From NCBI RefSeq assembly GCF_009914755.1, contig NC_060933.1: DNA of 64,000 nt. One strand, given 5' to 3'. Shown piece after piece: positions 57,549 to 64,000 of this stretch. A model generated the notes under the pieces. That model was not told where the DNA came from. It did not search any database and was given only the letters and a program-made list of their open reading frames with translations. This DNA comes from the human T2T-CHM13v2.0 reference genome, Homo sapiens. The translations under genes were made by a program, and so were the position numbers. Each line of letters opens with the position of its first letter. Within the stretch, counting starts at the first letter, position 1.

Positions 57549-60500
57549 ACTCTTTAGTAGGAAGTCACTAGACACATCTTACATAAGGGGTGGGATGTTA
57601 TCTTCCACTTCCTTGAAAGAGCAGTACCTAAATAATTTATCTGAAATTCTTAAGCATGGAAGATTTGCTTACTCACCTTCCTTTGTTTATTTATTCAGTC
57701 ATTTAGACGTATTAGCCCAACACATGGATAATTGTTTTATTTTTCATGTTACAATCTAATACTGCCTTATTTATTATATTGCTCAAATTGTTCCAGTTTC
57801 AAGTTCTCAGAGTTCTTTCAGCAGGTTTCTGTGTACCTTTGACATGCCCTCACTATTTGGTTATTTAAGTATTACTTCATTTTCTGAATAACAAAATGCT
57901 CAGTGACTCATCTTGTGTGTTCCCTGTCTCAATCCCAGAATCAATTGCTCATCAAAAAACTCATTACCACCCAGTCATGCAGATTTCCTCCTGTATTTTC
58001 TTCTAGACAATTTATATTTTACATTATATTTTGATATTTGATTCATTTTGAATTAATCTTTGTGTAAGATATGAGGTCATTGTCTAGGATAATTTTTATA
58101 GAGAGTTGTCCAATCGTTACAGCACCAGGTTTTGAAGATTGTCCTATTCCCTATTGAATTGCCTTTCCACTTTCGTCAAATAGAAGGGTACATAATTTCT
58201 GGATATATTTCTGGGCTCTCTATTCTATTCCCTTAATCAATGTGTTTATCATTTGCCAACACTATACTTTTTTTATTACAGTTGATTTCTAAAATCAACT
58301 GCAATCTTGAAATCATGCATTGTATTGAGTCTTGAAATTGAGTAATGTGATTCTTCCCATTTTCTTCTTTCTTTTTAGGATTTTGTTAGCTATTGTAGGT
58401 CCTTTGGCTTTGCATATAAACTTTGAAATTAATTTGTAGATTCTTAAAAAACCTGCTGAGATTTTGATTGCAATTGCATTGAATCTACAGCTACATTTTG
58501 GATGGACTGAAAATTTAAAATTGAGTATTTCAATCCATGGGCACAAAATATCGCCCTCCTATTTTGGTCTTTTTTCAGTACTTTTATCAATGATTTGTAA
58601 TTTTTCATATACAGATCCAGTACATATTTGTCAGGTTTATACTTTATTTTGGAATGAGGGATGTTAGTTTAAGAAGTATTGTTTAAATTTAAAATGTTAA
58701 ATGTACATTGCTAATATACAGGAAAGCAATCAATTTATTTACTAACCTTATATCCTGAAACCTTGCAATACTCACTTATTAATTGAAGAGTTGGGGAGAT
58801 TTTTGTGAAGAATCATTTGAGTATTTTCTACATAAATCATGTTATCCACATGTAAAGACAATTTTGTTTCTTCCTTCAAATTTGTGTACCTTTTATTCAT
58901 ATTTCTTGCCTATGCAACAACTAGGATATCAGTACAATTTTGAACATAAGTGATGAGAGGATATCTTTGCCTTATTAGGAAAAAAGTGGCCACTCTTTCA
59001 ATATTATATCAAGTCTAACTTTAGCTGTAGGTTTTTCTATATACCATTTATTGAACTTTGTCAAATACTTTTTTGCATATATTGATATAATTATGTTTAT
59101 CTTATTCATTCTGTTTATATGATGAATTACTCTCACTGATTTATAAATGTTGAAACAGCCTTGCATTCTTGGAACGAATGTCATTTGGTGGTGATGTATT
59201 TATTTATTTATCTTTCGTATTGCTGGATTTGATTCGCTAATATTTTGTTAAGAATTTTTGCCTCTATGTTTATGAGAGATATTGGTCTGTAATATCCTTT
59301 TCTTGTAATGTCTTTATCTGGTTTTGGTATTAGTGTAATAATGATGGAATAAAAGGAGTCAGAAACTAGTCCCTTTTTTCTGTATCCTAAAACAGATTGT
59401 ATAGAATTGTAATTAGTTCTTTAAAGAGTTGGTAGACTTCACCAGTGAAACTTCTTTTGGCTCCCTGATTTATTTTTTGGGTTGTTTTTAACTACTAGTT
59501 TAATTCTTTAATAGATACAGGCTGTCCAAATAGTCTATTTCTCCTTGCATGAGTTTTGGTAGTTTTGTTTCTTCAAGGAATTGGCCCATGTCATTGAAGT
59601 TATTAAATTTTTGACGTGGAGTAGTTCTTAGTGTTTCTTTTTATCATTGTAATGTCCATGGGATCACACGGGATCACCAGTGATGAATGACCTTTTAATT
59701 CTGATATTGACAATTTGTTTCTTCTTTCTCTCTCTCTCTCTTTATTTATTTATTTTTTTTGGTTAGCCTTACTAGATATTTATCAATTTTATTGATCTTT
59801 TCCAAAATACTAGCTTTTAGTTTTATTCATTTTGAATTGCTCCCTGGTCATTGATTTCTTCTCTAAAGTTATTATTTCTTTTTTTTTTTCTGAATGCCTT
59901 AGGTTTAATTTGCCCCTTTTCCTCCAGTTTTCTAAGGTTAGAAATATTGGGTTATTATTTTTTGATTAATGCTTCTCAGAGATTTCTATCTTGCAGCTTT
60001 TTCATATATAATCCAGTTAGAATGCTGAAGGCTTGTAGGCATGGTTAGTAGGGTGTGGAGAAGGGAAAATATTCCAACATCTTCTTATTAAGTCTTAGGG
60101 ATTTGGTTTTCAAAAGCTTTTCTCTCTCTTCTAGAAGTGTGCCATTTTTACTCCTGTTTCCTATTCCCTTTCTTGGTTGCAATGTCTCTTATCTATTTTC
60201 TTGAAGCCCTGTCCCTCTTGACTTTTTCCCTATAAATGATACAGGAAGAATGGAGCTGTGGCCGAAGCACATTTCTCCAGCTGGGATAATTTTTCTGAAT
60301 TGTCTGATGAATTATCTTTCCCTACAAGTTAAGCATTTATTAGGAAGAAGATTCTACATGGGTGTCAAGATGGCCACTCTCTTCCTCTCTCAGCTAACAC
60401 CATCAGAAGATCTTTCTCAAATTGCCACCATCAAAAATGTGTAGATTTACTGAATAAAAGTCTGAACTATTGTGGGGGCCTCTTTAGGACTGAAGTCCCC

Positions 60501-60790
60501 AGGAATTTCTCATTTTCAAGTTAGTCTGCTCTCAGCTTCCAGTAACTTCTCAAAGTTACCATGTCAATGCTGCTATTTGCTGAAGGATTCCTTTAATATC
60601 TTCTCTAGGTAAGCAAATCTCTAGAGATATATCTTTCTGGATGTGACTGTATTTACAAATTTTGGAATTTGAGTTTGCCCTGTTTAATGATGGGTCAAAA
60701 AAAATCATTGATATTTATTTTGCCCAGGATATTTTGTTGTAAGATGGAATGACAACTTTCCATCAATTTGTAAGTGATGCTAATCTCAAA
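57549..60790 (-). mobile_element. Old L1MC-type element: 3'UTR, ORF2 pieces and a 5' region
   Basis: Minus ORFs 58313-58546 and 58975-59184 are ORF2-like (RFNAIAIKI..., MQGCFNIYKS...). L1MC 3'UTR text at 57549-57960. Confidence 0.8.
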
Positions 60791-62048
60791 GTCTCTAGAA
60801 AGAGATGTATTCTACAACTCACAGCATGGCAGATCAAATTGGTATCATGCAGAATTCCTTAAATAATGAGATTAGTAAGGTCATATCAATTGTCATGCTT
60901 TGAACTGTGTATACTGAAAAGATAGAATAAAATTTATTTTTAAGAGCTTAGCAAATATTTATGAAAGCTGATTATGTAAAAATATCAGACCACAAAGTAA
61001 AACTTTAATCAATCTCATAGCTAAAACTATATACATTATATTTTAATGGGAATATTATTAGATATAATTTTCATAGGAAAAGGGTGAAATAATAATAAAG
61101 CTGTATTTTTATAAGCAAACATTTGTAAAATTTAAATACGATTACTTGTTTACTTTATTATACCTAGCAGTAGTACCAGGTTATTTTATTTTCATTTTAT
61201 AATTTTCTAATAATATTAATATTTAATAAAGTAATATGTTGCAAAATTGTTCTAACCAAAACAGAGGTTATCACTATCTTAATTTTTAAAATAAACATCC
61301 TTTATTATTCAAATTAAAAATAATTTGTATGTTTTGACACCTTCAGAACACTCCACTTACAAATTTAGAATCCAAACCAAGGAGTTGCCAATCACTGGAT
61401 CCCAAAATATGTGCATCCAACATTTAAGACAAAGCATAGCAAAATGTGAACATTTAGTACAGCTATAATTTTGCCTAATTTTCTGGCTGAGGTTTAAAAC
61501 TTTCAATTCCTTTATGATCATGACAATTCCTTTCAACCCTGAAGCAAGAAAACCCAAATTCCTTGTAGAAAGATTACAGCCACTGTAGAAACCATCCTGA
61601 TTTGCAGCAAGGTTCCCATCTATTTGTCTTTTACCAGTTTCCTCTTTTTGTCTTTGTAGGAGATATGTGCTTAAGAGAAATAACTAGTTGAACTTCATTC
61701 TGCAAAATCTATTTTTTTAAATAGATTTTTTTTTTACTCCTATGCTTTTTTCACTTTCTATGCTTTTTTGAGGGAAATGGATTCATATAAATATTTTTAA
61801 CTAGGAAATTTTAGTTTGCTCAGTTTGGGATTTATATAATTGATATTTTAACTCTGGGATTGTGCCCTGAAGCAATTTCATAAAGAGCACAACTTTTGAA
61901 AATCAACTGGATCAATAGGATTTCTGCTATGATTTCCATTTTTTAATGATAAATGTTCCTTGTGGCTTCAGGCCTTGCATTTAGAAAGATTTTATAATAG
62001 AATACGAAATAATAGAGTTAAGGTGAAATGGCTATTAAAATGAATCAA

Positions 62049-62457
<409 letters not shown>

Positions 62458-63179
62458 TCAAAAATGAATCAATTATTTTAAATAAATCCTTTATTTTCAA
62501 AAGCAGCTGAAAGGAATAAGAAAAAAAATTTTATTCATTTGAGAAGAAAATGAGTCCTTTGGGGAACTTTGCATGGGGGTTTTCATGGGTATAAAGAGAC
62601 AATCAGGGCCCAAAGCAGGCTTCTTAAACTTATTTAAAATATTTCTTTTTGCATTTTTTAAAAATTTTGAAGCTTTCAAGTTTTAATCATTACCATATGG
62701 GATTTAGTAAGAAATTGTTAAAAAATAATTGCTTAAAATAATCATAAGTGGTCTGAATTAAATTAGAGCAGAGAGTGAGAGATGAAGTGGTGAGTATAAA
62801 TTTGCTTTTAAAGACAAATGCTTAATGGAAGGACACATTTAATATTGTATATAAAAGTATTTGTCACTGGCAAGAAATCATAAGCATTTTGAGTTCAAAT
62901 GAATAATATTACTATTTGGATTCAGTTATCACTCATGCATTTCTCATTTTTTTTCTAATGCTATTAGTCAATTCACAGAGTATTAGGGAAGATAGTTTTT
63001 ATGTGTACAAGCTCTATAAAGACAAAAGCTTTGTGTAAATAATGTTACGTTATTTTGACAAGAATGTTCAATGTATTTTCCTTTATTAAAAAAAGGTAAA
63101 GCAAAGGACCTTAAGAGATCAAAAATCTGCTTGCATAGACCTAAAAAAAAGTGAAAAGATGACAAATGCATGACGAAAG

Positions 63180-63720
63180 CAATGCACATAAATCTCAATG
63201 AGATAAGACTTTTCACCTTTCAAGTAAGCAACAATTCAGAACTTGAAGTTGTGGAGAAATACATATTTTCCTACACAGCTGGTCTGATTTCAAAATGGTA
63301 CAGCCCATACAAAGAGAAATTAGTCATAATGTAAATGAAATCATTTATGATTTTTGCCCTTTAATCCTGCAATCCTACACCTAGGAATTATCCTTAAGAC
63401 ATACCTCTCCAAATATGAAACAACATATGCAGATATTTATTTATTATTACATTATTTGTAATAGCAAAATATTAAAAATAACTTTTACTAGGTTCTAGCT
63501 CAATCAATTATTGCATATCTTCAAAACAAAGTATTAAGTTCATCAGAGGAATGAAAACTATTAACCAATGTGGAGAGATTTTCAGGCTATCATAAGTTAA
63601 AGAAAAAAGAAAGAAAAAAAGAAAGGAAGAGAAAGGTACAAAGAATGTATATTACATTATTACATGCAGCCATTGCTGAAAAGAGAAAAAGATAAAAATA
63701 AATATATCAAAAAATCAATT
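63180..63720 (+). mobile_element. Old L1M 3' fragment
   Basis: 'tttaatcctgcaatcctacacctaggaattatcct', 'cattatttgtaatagcaaaa'. Confidence 0.6.
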
Positions 63721-64000
63721 TGTTTAATTCAGTAATACTTAGTAGCATTGTGTTTTAAACTCTAAAATTATTTTCAATGAATTGAGGATTAGAGCAAATG
63801 AGTGAATATACTGATGTTTTTGGGAAATTATGGGAAAGAGTGATACAGCTTTGGAATAAAAATAGAAAACAATCATACTGTGATGTTGAATTTGATTCAG
63901 AAGAATCTGTAAGAACTTGTAATTTTATATGTATATAAATATGGACATATGTATGTGCAGACACACACACACACACAAACATTTTCCTGCTCTAGTCTTT

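Noticed and set aside
57549-57660. Possible displaced continuation of the MLT1 truncated at ~24565, implying a 33-kb rearrangement
   Set aside because: The sequence continues seamlessly into an L1MC-type 3'UTR, which contains a similar motif.

Overview
AT-rich primate genomic DNA, most likely human given the AluJ/S and L1PA content. It looks intergenic or deep-intronic and is dominated by interspersed repeats: 13 Alu copies or fragments, young and old L1s, L2, MIR, MaLR/ERVL/ERV1 LTRs, and three DNA transposon types (MER2/Tigger, piggyBac-derived MER85, and a Mutator-like Ricksha remnant with a recognisable FLYWCH zinc finger). I can support no protein-coding gene, RNA gene or CRISPR array. 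The ORF track is explained by L1/Alu remnants and chance ORFs, and I see no evidence for a new gene system. The most unusual signal is structural: many locally templated rearrangements. These include a 170-bp, ~93% identical inverted duplication of a MIR (38545-38714 / 39465-39634), and a 40-bp copy of sequence from 4 kb upstream sitting inside a 29-bp inverted repeat (6047-6285). There are also tandem duplications with fold-back junctions (42990-43054, 47115-47171), a hairpin inside L1 (58275-58305), and 140-bp and 45-bp tandem duplications. Other points of note are an Alu+L1PA unit sharing one target-site duplication (TSD), a 54-bp Alu stub with a 17-bp TSD, an internally deleted L1PA15-17, and one weak candidate minus-strand exon. 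Repeat subfamily names come from my recall of consensus sequences, not from a search. Boundaries of old repeats are approximate.
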